NCBI RefSeq assembly: GCF_022045235.1 | Contig: NW_027266286.1 | Coordinates: 40,052,001-40,116,000, forward strand | Reading direction: 5' to 3' | Length of the DNA stretch: 64,000 bases | DNA from: Haliotis cracherodii | Taxonomy: Eukaryota | Part shown: positions 11,391-23,560 of the stretch, piece after piece | Position numbering within the stretch: the stretch's first letter is position 1 | Layout of the letters: each line of letters opens with the position of its first letter | Program-made: the position numbers and the translations under genes | The notes under the pieces: model-generated | Databases searched by the model: none | What the model saw: the letters and a program-made list of their open reading frames with translations, nothing else | Told to the model about the DNA's origin: nothing

Positions 11391-12850
11391 CAAGGAGTAT
11401 CAAAACGTTTTCAGCCTTGCCTACATCCAACTGTTATACTTTTGTGAGCTTTAGTTATTTTTCAACAAAGTCCCCGTGCAGGTCAGGACATTTATTTCAT
11501 GTGAGTTATCGCCATGTTGCAGAAGGTGAACTCTTGGTCTGTAACCAGCCCCCTACAGCAGCAACAAATTTTTGGTCCTCACAAAAGTGTTTTCTCCAAA
11601 TCTGAAAACAGGTGGCAATCACAAGAGGTCAGATCTGGTTAATACGCTGGATGAAGTACAAGCCTGTCTCCACATTCCCATACTGCATCATGACTGGTAT
11701 TAACTCATGCAATCTTTTCAATAAGTTAGCATAACATGCGCCATTCATAGTCCTTCCCCATGGTAAATAATCAATGTGTATTACTGTCCTAATAGAAGAT
11801 GGCCATACCTTTCTTAGTGGATCTGGTTCTTGGCTTTGGGAGACTCACTTGATGGACTCTTGTTTCCTCTCATCTCCCCGAGGCAAGAGAGTTAAGTGAC
11901 TTTAAAAGTCCAGTTTCCACCTTGCCGAATTAGGCTGAAATTACTGGGCTCGATCGTAGCGCCACCAGTGGCTATTACCAGTTATGTCCCTTCTAAGCCT
12001 CTCCTATGGACCAATCAGATTCCAACTCTCGTATCACTTCGTTTGCTTCACACAAAATGGTGGCGCCCAGTCAAGACGATCTGATCGATAATCAAGATCT
12101 ATATTGTTATAAAACGGGTCTTACATCGCGAAATGCAGCAAATCATGTGAGCACCTTGATTAAAAGCATGAAAGGATTTTAAATGATATCTGTTGACAAT
12201 GAGTTTGCGGTGCACATGCTTTGCAAATACTGCAGTCGATCGAAATCTGCACGACAGTTTACGAACCGGATTTCGATTTCGGTGCGTTATTTTGATTGGA
12301 CCTTAGCAAAATGTACCTCCATAATACCAGCCTAGTTCGGCAAGGGTGGAAACTGGACTTTTATAGTCAGTTAACTCCTTTGCCTCGGGAGGATGGTTTC
12401 CTCTTGGGGTTTACAGTGAAGGGTCAAGGTCTCCTCACCAGTTGCTAGTGTAAAATGAAAATCTTTTGGGTTGTGATTATATCCAGTAAACAGGGCATTA
12501 GACGAAGTGACCCTCAGTTCTATGTAGGTGTTCCTGAAGGATTGTTTCTACTGACCCATAGTAGAAGCCTGTGGTCTCCTCAACGAGTTTGAAATAGCTG
12601 CGGTCCAGACCCAAGTGGTGGAGGGCATCAATGGTTTCTTGTGTGGCACTGGTGGGGGGTCGACCATAGAGGGGGTCATCTTCCAAACAAACCCTCCCAT
12701 GCTGAAATTCCTTCACCCAACATTTAAATGGGGCATATGTGGGACAGCCTCCAAAATAAACAGCTTCAACCATTCATGAATATTCCGTGGTGATTGACCC
12801 TCCATGGTAAAACATTTGATGACTGCTATACACTCAAGCTTAATCCATTT
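11391..12850 (-). mobile_element. Degenerate mariner transposon (transposase pseudogene) interrupted by a MITE
   Basis: WVKEFQHGRVCLEDDPLYGRPPTS N-terminus, TGEET (TGDET-like) and PDLTSCDCHLF (YSPDLAPxD-like) motifs; TA followed by a mariner-like terminus CAAGGAGTATCAAAACGTTTTCAGCC at 11391. Confidence 0.75.
11871..12395 (+). mobile_element. MITE family M, complete copy with about 65-bp TIRs and a 9-bp TSD (Mutator-like)
   Basis: TIRs CATCTCCCCGAGGCAAG... / ...TTGCCTCGGGAGGATG; TSD GTTTCCTCT at 11862-11870 and 12396-12404. Confidence 0.9.
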
Positions 12851-12978
12851 CAATGCTAAGGAGTTGGGTACCTCAGAGTCAAAGTATATTATCGGCAAGA
12901 AGCATGCCAAACTGTGAAAGATGACTCTACAAACACAGGTCAATAGAAAAAATATGTGCATCATAAAACCCAGATATA

Positions 12979-14354
12979 TACTGAACAACACAAGTTCTTG
13001 TGACATTGAATAAGATTTAATGCAAAGTTATATTTTTGAATTTCGGTTTGCAACAGATAAAAGACTCCTGTAATTGTTCAAATGGTTTAATTTGCCATAC
13101 TGACTTCAGAAAATGCGTGATTTCATAAGAAAACATGAACATGCCAAAATGTCAATACACAAATCAATAGCGTGTGTGTCCACCTCTGGTTGCGATGGAA
13201 GCAACACATCTTCGTCTCATGGAATGGACCAGGCGTCGCACAAAGTCCTGTGGGATATCTGTCCATATGTGCTGGAGCATGTTTCGAAGTTCCTGGAGTG
13301 TCTGTGGAACACCTGGTTGACGTCGAAGGCGCCGATCCATCTCATCCCACATGTGCTCGATTGGTGAGAGGTCCGGGGAGCGAGCCGGCCAGGGGATGAC
13401 TTTCACGTTGTTTTGTTGAAGAGAATCCTGAACAAGTCGAGCGGTATGAGGATGGGCGTTGTCATGCTGAAAGTTAGTGCCTGGGCCATGACGACGCAAA
13501 AACGGTAGAACAATAGGGACGATGATCTCATCGCGGTAGCGCTGTCCACTATCAAACGGGTCCTCTGTCCTGCTGTAATCCCACCCATACCATAACGCTG
13601 CCGCCCCCGAACCGATCTTCTTCCATGACACAATGATTGACCCCGACGTCGCTACAATCCAGTTGGTCCATCACTGTGGCTGAGGTGAAAACGAGACTCG
13701 TCAGTGAATGGAACTTCCCACTGCATGGCCGCCCACTGTAGACGTGCTTGGTGGTGGTTTCCTGTCAAAATGGGACGTCTGGCGGGTCTTCTGGCGACAA
13801 TACCTGGACATCTGAGGTGACGACGTACGGTTTGTGAAGATATTCGTCGAGGAATGGATTTCGTAGGTGTGTTGTTAGAATCCAGTTGTCTTGTCGATCA
13901 TTGGCTACACATGGCCTGCCACTCCGAGGATGGTCTCTGACTGCATTCGTATGCTCTTAACGTTGCAATAAACACCAAATGATGTTTCTGTGGACGTTAA
14001 ATTGTCTTGCAACATCACGTTGACTCGATCCTGCTTCAAGTATACCAATGGCTTGTAGACGCTCATTTTTGGACAGGCGTGTCTGAATGTTGAATAATTG
14101 CGTAATTTTGTTGTTTTTCTGAGTGGTTGTTGTCAGCACGATACTAAACAATGCATATGGAATCCCGTTAACGCACGTTTTTATACCCATTCTTGGGTAG
14201 TGAAATGCATGGGGCTTGCATAAAAGTCAAATTTTGCATGGAATGCATGCTTTTCTGTAGCAGATTCCATACATGTACTACTATTGAAAACCAAACTTTA
14301 CTTGTTTGAAAAATACACTAAAATATTGGTGTCATAGGAACTTTTGTTGTTCAA
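12979..14354 (-). mobile_element. Tc1-family DNA transposon with a frameshifted transposase
   Basis: FQHDNAHPH, WPARSPDLSPIEHMWD and GGHTRY motifs (ORF 13164-13631); HTH piece at 13957-14090; imperfect TIRs CTGAACAACACAAGTTCTTGTGACA / TGTCATAGGAACTTTTGTTGTTCA. Confidence 0.88.
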
Positions 14355-14922
14355 AACTTACTCATATCCCTTTGTGCACTTGTTAGATACACTTTATGTT
14401 ACAACAATCAGCACACTGGAAGCATGCGTCTCATCCAAGATATTTTAGTGTGACAAATAGTGGACATTCGTGACTCCACCGACATTTATAATACGGCCTA
14501 TTATTAGTTATTGCTGCTGCCAAATATTTTGACCCATTGTATTACCATATATGATTGTAAACCAAATCCTGTGTAATTCAATATAATTTGTTAACTGTTC
14601 ATTGAACGTGTGTGATTATTTACTGAGTTCAAAAATTAGTTCTGTACATAATGATTTTAATTTTTCAATCTTCATGTATCAGCTATGAACACATCAGTTG
14701 CATTTTAATTTTTATCAAAATGATAATGTAAATGTAATAATGTCATAAAACGGACAACATTATTTTTGAGAGGGGAGTGTGACGTGAGTTGTTCCCCATA
14801 GATGTAGCTGTGCAACACAGATGAACGTAATGGACAAACGATCGCATTCAAAAGTGGGAGAGATATGACAATTGGTATATGGAGAGAAGTTACTGAAAAT
14901 CAACGTTAAAATACCAGGAAAT

Positions 14923-15364
14923 ACCCTTGCCGAACAAGGCTGGAATTCCAGAGTTACATTTTAGCCGGTCTAACGAGTGTATCAAGTTTACTAAAAATCG
15001 CGTAATGAAGTAGACATCCGGTTTGTAAACAACATTTTTAAAGTGCAGATATCGGTCGACTGTAGGGTTTCCAACACTTGCGTACCGCCAACTTATTTTG
15101 TAAATCTTTTCATGTCTTTAATCACGGTGCACAAGTGATTTGATGCACTTCGCAGGATAAGACCCATTTTATTACAATATAGATCTTGATTATCGATCAG
15201 AGCGCAACCATTTTGTTTAAGGCAAATGTAAACGATATGACCAATGGAATGTTATTGGCCAAGAGGAGGGACATGGAAGGGACATAACTTGTAATAGCCA
15301 CTAGTTCGGCAAGGGTGGAAATTGGACTTTCATAGTCAGCTAAATCCCTTGCCTCGGGAAGATG
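14923..15364 (-). mobile_element. MITE family M, reverse-oriented deleted copy
   Basis: Internal homology to 11871-12395; TIR ends ...TTGCCTCGGGAAGATG. Confidence 0.75.
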
Positions 15365-15606
15365 GGCAATAGGTGCCTCCATAAACAGTTGGGGTCTTAT
15401 GACACTGGGAACCAGTCCCAGTCAACTCTCCCGAGAACCACAGGTCAGCTGATATCGTTCTGTTCCATGATGTACACAATCATGTGGCACATTATGAATT
15501 AAGTGGGAACACGGCCAGTCAAGACCTCTGAGGTGCTGGAATTCACGTGACGAGTTCGTGGTGATGGGTTTACTCACTGGATTAAGGTCAGGCTTCATTG
15601 CGTTCA

Positions 15607-15818
15607 TGTAACAATATGATTAGACTCAAGTGCATTTGGCATGGATTTTAGGAACGCTTCTTTGTGACACTTTAATGATGTCTACGGTTGAAGGGGGACC
15701 ACTTTCAACAACTAATTATTATTGATTTATCATTAATTGTTTGCGCCATGTTGATTATATCTTGAATAAACGTTTGAAGATTTTACCAAGTCTCCTTCCT
15801 ATTTTGCAGGTGGCTACA
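15607..15818 (+). repeat. 5' LTR (short form, 212 bp)
   Basis: The start matches 21551 onward; the end matches about 25505-25616. Confidence 0.85.
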
Positions 15819-15821
15819 TTT

Positions 15822-15838
15822 TGGCGAGCATGCCAGGA
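15822..15838 (+). promoter_or_regulatory. Primer binding site, tRNA-Arg-like
   Basis: TGGCGAGCATGCCAGGA just after the LTR; about 2 mismatches to the complement of the tRNA-Arg 3' end (recalled consensus TGGCGAGCCAGCCAGGA). Confidence 0.65.
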
Positions 15839-18800
15839 TCGGCTAGGAACTAGAAAGTCCATCAAGGGTGACTCTACATCATGGCCACGGAAGAGGTACA
15901 GGACCTTATACTTGACATCTGGTCAAGACTGTATTCCATTATCGGAGAGAGACTGACACAGGTAATCGAGAGCATAGACATTCATATGAAGGCAGTAAAG
16001 ACCGACACCAGATGCAATATGATTATTGCAATTGAGAGATATTTGGAGGTCCACCACAAGGATATTGATGCTCTCAATAGGACCCTGGAAGTAATCGAGT
16101 CACAGTGCAACACCAACACAAAAGTCTCAACATCATCAACTGAGAACTGCATACAGACAGGAATACGAGACCAAACCATCGCTATGGACTGTAAGGAAAT
16201 CTTCACTCATGATCTATCTGATGAAGAACTAACATTCAAGCTCATCAAAGGTGTGTCAGAGCATGAGGAGAGGCAAAAGAAGCTGACTCGAAAAAGAACT
16301 ATAGCATCAAGTGACAATAGTGTGGAAGCAGAAGAGGATAACTCGAAATGGCAAGCAAGAAGAAGTTGCAGCTCTTCGTCAAAAACTCAGTGATCAGAAA
16401 CAGAATGTGAACGGTTTGTCAGGAAATGTGACAACTGAGAACAGTCAGGAGCGAGATGTGGACACTGCTTCAAGTGTGGTTCTGAGGATCATTTCCAGGC
16501 AGGATGCAAGCAGAAAATGGGAAATGGAACAGGGTCAGTGCCCAAGGGAAACCATTGACCAAGACTGTTAGTTCATCCCCTAAATGTAAACAGTGTAGTC
16601 GAAAGTGTGAAAAAGTTTATAGTGAGTGTGGTGTGACATTCTATTGTAGAGTGGTCTAATCACAAGAATGTAGCTATAAATAAGTTAGATAGTGAGTCTG
16701 TTAGTTTGGGTACTTCATTGTCAGCTAAAGATCAAAGTTGTATTATAAAGTTAATTGGTAAGAAATGTATTGTGTTGTGTGTTCTAAGTGGCAATGAGAC
16801 TGAGGTTCTATGGGACACTGGAGCACAGGTTTCCTTTTGCCATCAACGTGGTTGAAGAAGCACTTACCAACTGAACAGCCAAGACCTATCACAGAACTGC
16901 TAGCAGATGGACACCTCAACAATTGTGCTGTAGATGGTAATATAATCCCCTTCAAAGGTTGGATTTCCTTGACATTCAAACAACTGAAAGGACAAGAGAA
17001 GCCAGTCACTGTGCCCTTTCCGGCTTTCTGATCACCAACTCCCCTGGAATATACAACCCTCTTATAGGATATAATGTCATCGAGCAATTCCTTCTTGGAA
17101 CTCCATCGAGCATTGAGACAACTGTGGATGTGATACAATCAGGCATGCCAGCAGTGGAACACAAGACTAAAGCTGCTCTAGTAAACTAAGGACAGAGAAG
17201 ATGTGATAAGTTTGGTGTCTCTGGGAAGACAAGGAATCAAGATTTCTATAGGAGAGACAGCTGAGGTCAAGTGTATCTGCAGGACCAACTTGAGGGAGAA
17301 GACAACTGCTGTATTCGAGCCTAGTGTGTGCAATGATATTACAGAAGAGATTGAGATCTTAGGAAACAGTACAGCTGAGGCAAGGTGTGATAGCTTCTGT
17401 GAATGTGTTCATCACTAATACCTCAAGTAGAGACATTTCCCTCAGATGCAAGACCAATGTAGGCAGCCTCCACAGTGTAAAGTCAGAGTTTCCACTGGTT
17501 GACAGAGATGACACCCGGGATCAGGAAATAGACTTGAAGGCAACCACAGTCACAGACATTCCACCTCCTAAAAGGGACAATGATGAAGTATTGTGGCAAC
17601 CACCTGTAGACATCGGACAGGACTTCACTCAGGAACAACAAGAGCAGATAAAAGAATTCTTGTTTGAGGAATCAAAAGCATTCTCTTGGAATGATGATGA
17701 AATCAGAAAGGCAATTGATTTAAGCCTTGAGATTCGCCCGAAAGATCACGAGGCCGTTCAGCAGAACTACATTGCTATTCGAAGACTACTTTACAAGGAA
17801 GTCAAGGAGTAGCTGCATGATCTTATCCAGAAGAATTCCATCAGGAAGTAGATCATCATACTCAAGTGCCATGGTGTGTGTCAGAAAACAAGATGGATCC
17901 CTACGTCTATGCGTAGACTACAGGAAGCTCAACCAGAAGACAATCAGTGACCGGCAGCCGATCCTTAGAATACAAGATGCACTCAGTGGCCTGAAAGGAA
18001 AGTCACACTACTTGACCAGGGAAAAGCCTATCACCAGGGATACGTCAAGGAAGAATGTAAACATCTCACAGCCTTTGAGACTCCATGGGGCCATTACGAG
18101 TGGAATTGAATACCGTTTGGATTGACAGGTGCACCTGGCCAATTCCAAAGATTCATGGAGGAGACCCTAGGAGACTTGCGAGACACCTGCTGCTGTTCTT
18201 AACTGGATGATATCCTTGTATTTTCGGGATTTTTTTAGCCATACCTGGAAGATTACGGGAGGTGCTCAAGATACTCAAGGAGAAGAGCACCAAGCTGAAG
18301 CCAAGAAAATGTGCGATCTTAAAGAGACAAGTCCACTACCTTGACCGCCTTGTGAAAACTGAAAACTAAGGAAATCAAGACCACTGGAGGTCTTCGTAAG
18401 ATGCTTGGATTTCTAAGTTACTACAGGAAGTAAATCAGAAATTTTTCTATCATTGTCAAGCCTCTGTACAACCTGCTGAAAAAGTCATCTGCGGAGAAGG
18501 AAAAGGAAATTACATTGCATGGGACAAGTGAAATTATCTTCCAAAGTAGTGTGGACCAATGAGCAACAACAGATCTTTGAGCAAACCATCAACATGTTGC
18601 TAAAGTCTCAAGTCATGACATGACTTCGAAAAGCCATATATTCTGATGCACAGCAAGATCCCTGTCAGGAGGGTCTTGGGGCTGTATTGTACCAGAAGTC
18701 AGAAGATGGTAAACTACGGGTTGTGGGATATGGATCCAGGACACTAACTCCTTTAGAAAAAAACCAACCACATGCACTCTGGCAAACTTGAATTCCTGGC

Positions 18801-21770
18801 TTCGAAGTGGGCTATAAGTGAGAAGTTCAGAGACTATCTATACTACGTTCCCAACCTTATTATATATATGGATAATAACCCACTCACATATACATGTACA
18901 TCTTAACAACAGCAAAACTGGATAGCACACATCACAGATGGCTTACAGAATTGTCAGACTTCAACTTGGAGATTAAGTACAAGCCTGGTATCAACAACAA
19001 GGATGTCGATGGACTATCAAGAATGTCACTAGATATCAACAAGTTTATGACCCAGTGTACAGAGACTGTCACCACAAAATGCAAGGAAGCCATAATACAT
19101 ACAAATATAAGCGGAAAACGACCAAATACCTATATGGATATCTACATTTTGCAGTGATGCATCAGTATTACCAGAAGAAGCCATCATTACACAGTTGCAT
19201 AACAGGTCGACTCAAGAGAAAATAAAGAAAGCTCAGGAAAAGGATAGTGTAATGAAGCCAGTTCTGAGATACAAGATCATGAAGAAAACACCAAAGATAG
19301 ATGAATCAAGTTACCTAAATCAGTCCATTGATGAGAGAATGGAACTCCTGGAATGCAAGACTTACCTACAAGGAGTAGAAGAGAGAACACAGCTTGTATT
19401 ACCTGCAGCTTACAAACCACTTGTAGTCCAAGAACTCCATGATAATATGGGACACCTTGGAGCCAACCGAGTTCTTGCACTAGCCAGAGAGAGATTCTTT
19501 TGGCCTAAGAAGAGAGAAGATATAGAATTCTATGTGACAAACAGATGTACATGTATCAAGGACAAAACACCAACATGCCAGACAAGAGCACCAATGATAC
19601 CAGTCCAGACCACAGCACCATTTGACCAAGTATCTATTGACTTTCTTCACCTGGAAAAAAACACAGCAGGATACGAATACATTCTAGAATCCAGTACATT
19701 CCACTTCACTAGATTTGCTCAGGTGTACCCCACAAGAAACAAAAAGGCGAAGATGGTAGCAGACACAATCTTCAACGATTTCATCATGAGGTTTGGATAT
19801 CCAAGACGTCTCCATTACGATCAAGGCAGAGAGTTTGAGAATAAGATCCTCTAGGAACTTCAGAAACTAAGTGGTATTCAGAAGTGCAGGACAACCAGCT
19901 TTCATCCTCAATGGGAATGGAAAAGTTGAGAAGTTCAACCGGACATTGTTAATCATGCAGAATGATTCTGCTGGCTTTTCACCCTTTTACCTCATGTATG
20001 GAAGATCACCTAGGCTACCCATCGATCTTGTCTTCTATCACCATGAAGAAAAGAGTTAAACCATCCAGGACTATACCAAAAAGTGGAGAACAAGAATGGA
20101 GGATGCCTATCAACTGTCATTGAAGTTCAGTAGACAACAATCACTCAAGCAAAAGGAGCACTATGACCGGAAGGTAAAGAGTACGCAGCTGCTACCTGGT
20201 GATCAAGAACTTCTAAGAAACTTATCAGAGTGGTTAGAACCAGGCATACTGAGATCACATTGGGAAGACCAAGTGTACACCGTTACCAAGAACATTAGCG
20301 ATGATAGCCCAGTTTATGAGATAACTCCTGAAGATGAAACTGGGAAAACAAAAGTGGTACACGGGAACTTACTCTACCCATGCGATTATATTGAGACAAG
20401 ACCTCAAGGAACCATCCAGAAAACAAGACAGAAGATCAAAAGAACAAGACCAAAGTCAAGACAAAGGACAAGACTAAATGTCTTTAGAATTTAAGGTAAC
20501 TCCAGTTCTGATCAAAGTTGCAATGTTGACTATCCAGAAGAACCCATGTCTAGACCACTTCCTGCCAGAGATATCCTTGAACAGACTGATAGAATTGCCC
20601 AACAGAAGAACCAAGAGAGGCTACTGACTTTGAAACTGCAAAGGAACACAATTTTGATGCAGAGTCTGATTCTGACCAAGACTTACTTACTGCAAGAAGC
20701 TGTGGATCAAGATGGAGATGGAACGAGACAAATTGATGGAACTGAGCTGACCAGTGACACTGTAGACAACCCATCCGAATGGCGTCTACATCCTGGAGTT
20801 CACTTCTTCTAAGCAATGCTGATCCATACCTACCAGTACCAGTACTTCAGGCAACCCATGATGTTCAGAGTGAGTGCCTACCCACAGATGTACTCAGTTC
20901 CAGTAATAATGTTATTCTACCAGGGATAGATAATAGCAAGTGCTGAGAACTGAGATAAGAAGTGATGACTGTAGACATTCTGTGTGAATGAAGAGCGTGC
21001 TAGAGATTATAACGTGTGGGCCTGTTTGTTCTTAGTGAGATTGCCATTGTATACTGCTATTGAATTTTGAAAGGTGTATTAAGGTTGTGTGATTGGATAA
21101 TTGTCCATCAGAATTTTGTAGTTAAGTCTGTCTATGGATGAGATGTAACAATTGTAGATCTATCACATTCACAAGGTTTAGTAATGTCATTGTTGTGCTG
21201 AATTATGGGGAATCCAGCTGTATTGTTTGTGAGTACTGGTATGACCAATGCTTTAAGCCTTTGCTCTTGAGTGAAAGTTTTAAACCTTGTTATTATTTAT
21301 ATCACATTGTAAGCAATATCATGTCACAATAGGTTGGCCGCCTGGCGTAGCATATTTGACACTTAAAGTGTTGTTATTTAGTGTAGCTAGTATGTTTTAC
21401 CTCAAATTGACTGGTAATCTATGGTGATAGATAAGGATCATGTTTGTAAATATGTTTAAACTAAGGGTAGTGGTGATGTGTGAATTGTTGGTAAGTAAGG
21501 ATACCCGCTTTGTCTGATGTTAGGATAACATCAATTTTTGTGGGGGAGTGTGTAACAATATGATTAGATTCAAGTGCATTCGGCATGGATTTTAGGAATG
21601 CTTCTTGTGACACTTTAATGACGTCTACGGTCAAAGGGGGACATGACATGAATATTGATCATGTCACTTTCACGTGATAGCAGAATGCAGCCTTCTGATT
21701 GGTTGCGGCCTGAACGTCCTTGTACCATGTTGATTATATCTTGAATACAAGATTTCATCGCATCTCCTCC

Positions 21771-23330
21771 CAATCTCATTAAAATCATATCTTAGTTCTC
21801 GCTGCAGCTAAACAAAGATCTAAGGACATCCCATTACGGCTCATGTCAGAACGACCTTTCGCGAACTCTGACTGACCAATGGAATTACTGACAAGAAGTC
21901 GACATTAGCCAATCAGAAGGCAGCTTTCTCATGTTTTATGGCTCTAATTTCAAATTGGCGACCACGCTTCGAAACATATTTTGACAAATTCTTTTTCTTT
22001 TCTTTTTTTATTTTTTTTGTTTTTCAGTCATTTTACATTTATTTGATAAAATGTGACATTCCAGTACATAGCTAAATAATCATCTAAATAGATGATGGCA
22101 AGTTGACCAAAATTTATAGAATAAGCCAATGTCACACTCAATAATCGCTGCACATTTAGTAAGGTTGTAGTAGTTTCTTATTTCGTTCTGAAAGACTTGA
22201 AATGACGGGAGTCTCTCATTTAACTTACTTTTAAATATAAGGTCTTTTATTATCAAAAAGATGATATTTAGAGGGTCATTGCGCTTTTCTGGAAAGCCAA
22301 GCATCACATGTTTCTTTGTAATTTCGATTTGGATGTTAGCCTTTTGAAGTAGCCAAACTCAAGTTGACGCCAGATTTGCTGAACCATATTACAGGACCCA
22401 AAAAGATGGATTGAGGTCTCGATATCAACTGAACAAAAACTGCAATTTGGACTTTCAACATAACCTAATTTACAGAAGAAAACATTAGTCAGAAGTATAT
22501 GATGAAGTATTTTGTATTGGAGCCATTGCAGTTTAGTGTCTCTTGTACATCGAAAAGGCATTCTATTGTATTGGGACCAGTTATCAATTGAGTCATCCGT
22601 TTATATATATTCTTTTCCCATTTCGTACAGTGTACATTTTTTGTAGTGACTTCTGAAATTAGTAAGTTGTAGAAGCATTTCCATCCATTTACAAATTTCA
22701 GTACATTTTCGATACATGGGGGTATAATTGGATTTTGCAACTTGTTCAATTCTTCTAGTTCAACATTACTTGCCTTGAAATAGTGTTTTATGGCCACGAT
22801 AAGGCCGTTATATAGTTAGAAGTTCGTTTTTATCTCAAAAGATTTTGAAAAGTTGTCAAACGACAGAAATTTTCCATCTTTGTCAAGGTCATTTATGAAA
22901 CGTACCCCCTTTTGATTCCAGGTGCTATAAAAGACGGGCTTACAGTCATGTTCTAATATATTGCCTGCACCTACCGGTAACTTGGGAAGATTAAGATTAA
23001 ATAGATAACTCCACTTGGATTTCAAATTTTGACAAATTCTTGCTTAAAAATTTGAAACCTGAACAAAAGAACATTCCTGAATGGCTAATATATGGTCTAG
23101 AATGTATAGATTCAGTCGTTAAGCCCATAACTATCTTTCGGAATACTCCGTTTTTAAAGTTTCCGCGGCTGCATGATTAGAAATCGCATTCCAACTGTCA
23201 CTTTCATAATCTGGTAAGCGACGCTCTGATTGGTCAGATGAAAGGTCGTTCTGACGTGACCCCTAATGGGATGTCCTCAGATCTTTGTTTTGCAGTAGTG
23301 AGAACTAAGATCTGATTTTAATGAGATAGG
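21771..23330. mobile_element. Non-autonomous TIR element inserted in the 3' LTR
   Basis: Imperfect TIRs of about 100 bp or more (ATCTCATTAAAATCA.ATCTTAGTTCTC...); flanking direct repeat TCTCCTCC. Confidence 0.85.
21990..23050 (-). mobile_element. 5'-truncated L1/Tx1-type LINE fragment nested in the TIR element
   Basis: zf-RVT-like KLQWLQYKILHHILLTN..CSFC..ETSIHLFGSC; A-rich tail at about 21990-22030 on the minus strand. Confidence 0.8.
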
Positions 23331-23393
23331 TCTCCTCCCTATTTTGCAGGTAAATATAATTAACTAGGTCTTTAAACTTTGTACATTGTTAGA

Positions 23394-23560
23394 GTGAGTG
23401 AGTGAGTATGGTTTTCCGCCGCTTTTAGCGATATTCCAGCAATATCACGGCGGGGGACACCAGAAATGGGCTTCACACATTGTACCCATGTCGGGAATCA
23501 AACCCGGGTCTTCGACGTGACGAGCGAACGCTTTAACCACTAGGCTACCCGACCGCCCCC
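23394..23560 (-). mobile_element. tRNA-derived SINE family A, full length with a 13-bp TSD
   Basis: Head GGGGCGGTCGGGTAGCCTAGTGGTTAAAGCG (A box) and GGTTTGATTCCC (B-box-like); (ACTC)n tail; TSD GTACATTGTTAGA. Confidence 0.9.

Noticed and set aside
23490-23560. tRNA gene
   Set aside because: It is the tRNA-derived head of a SINE, with body, tail and TSD.
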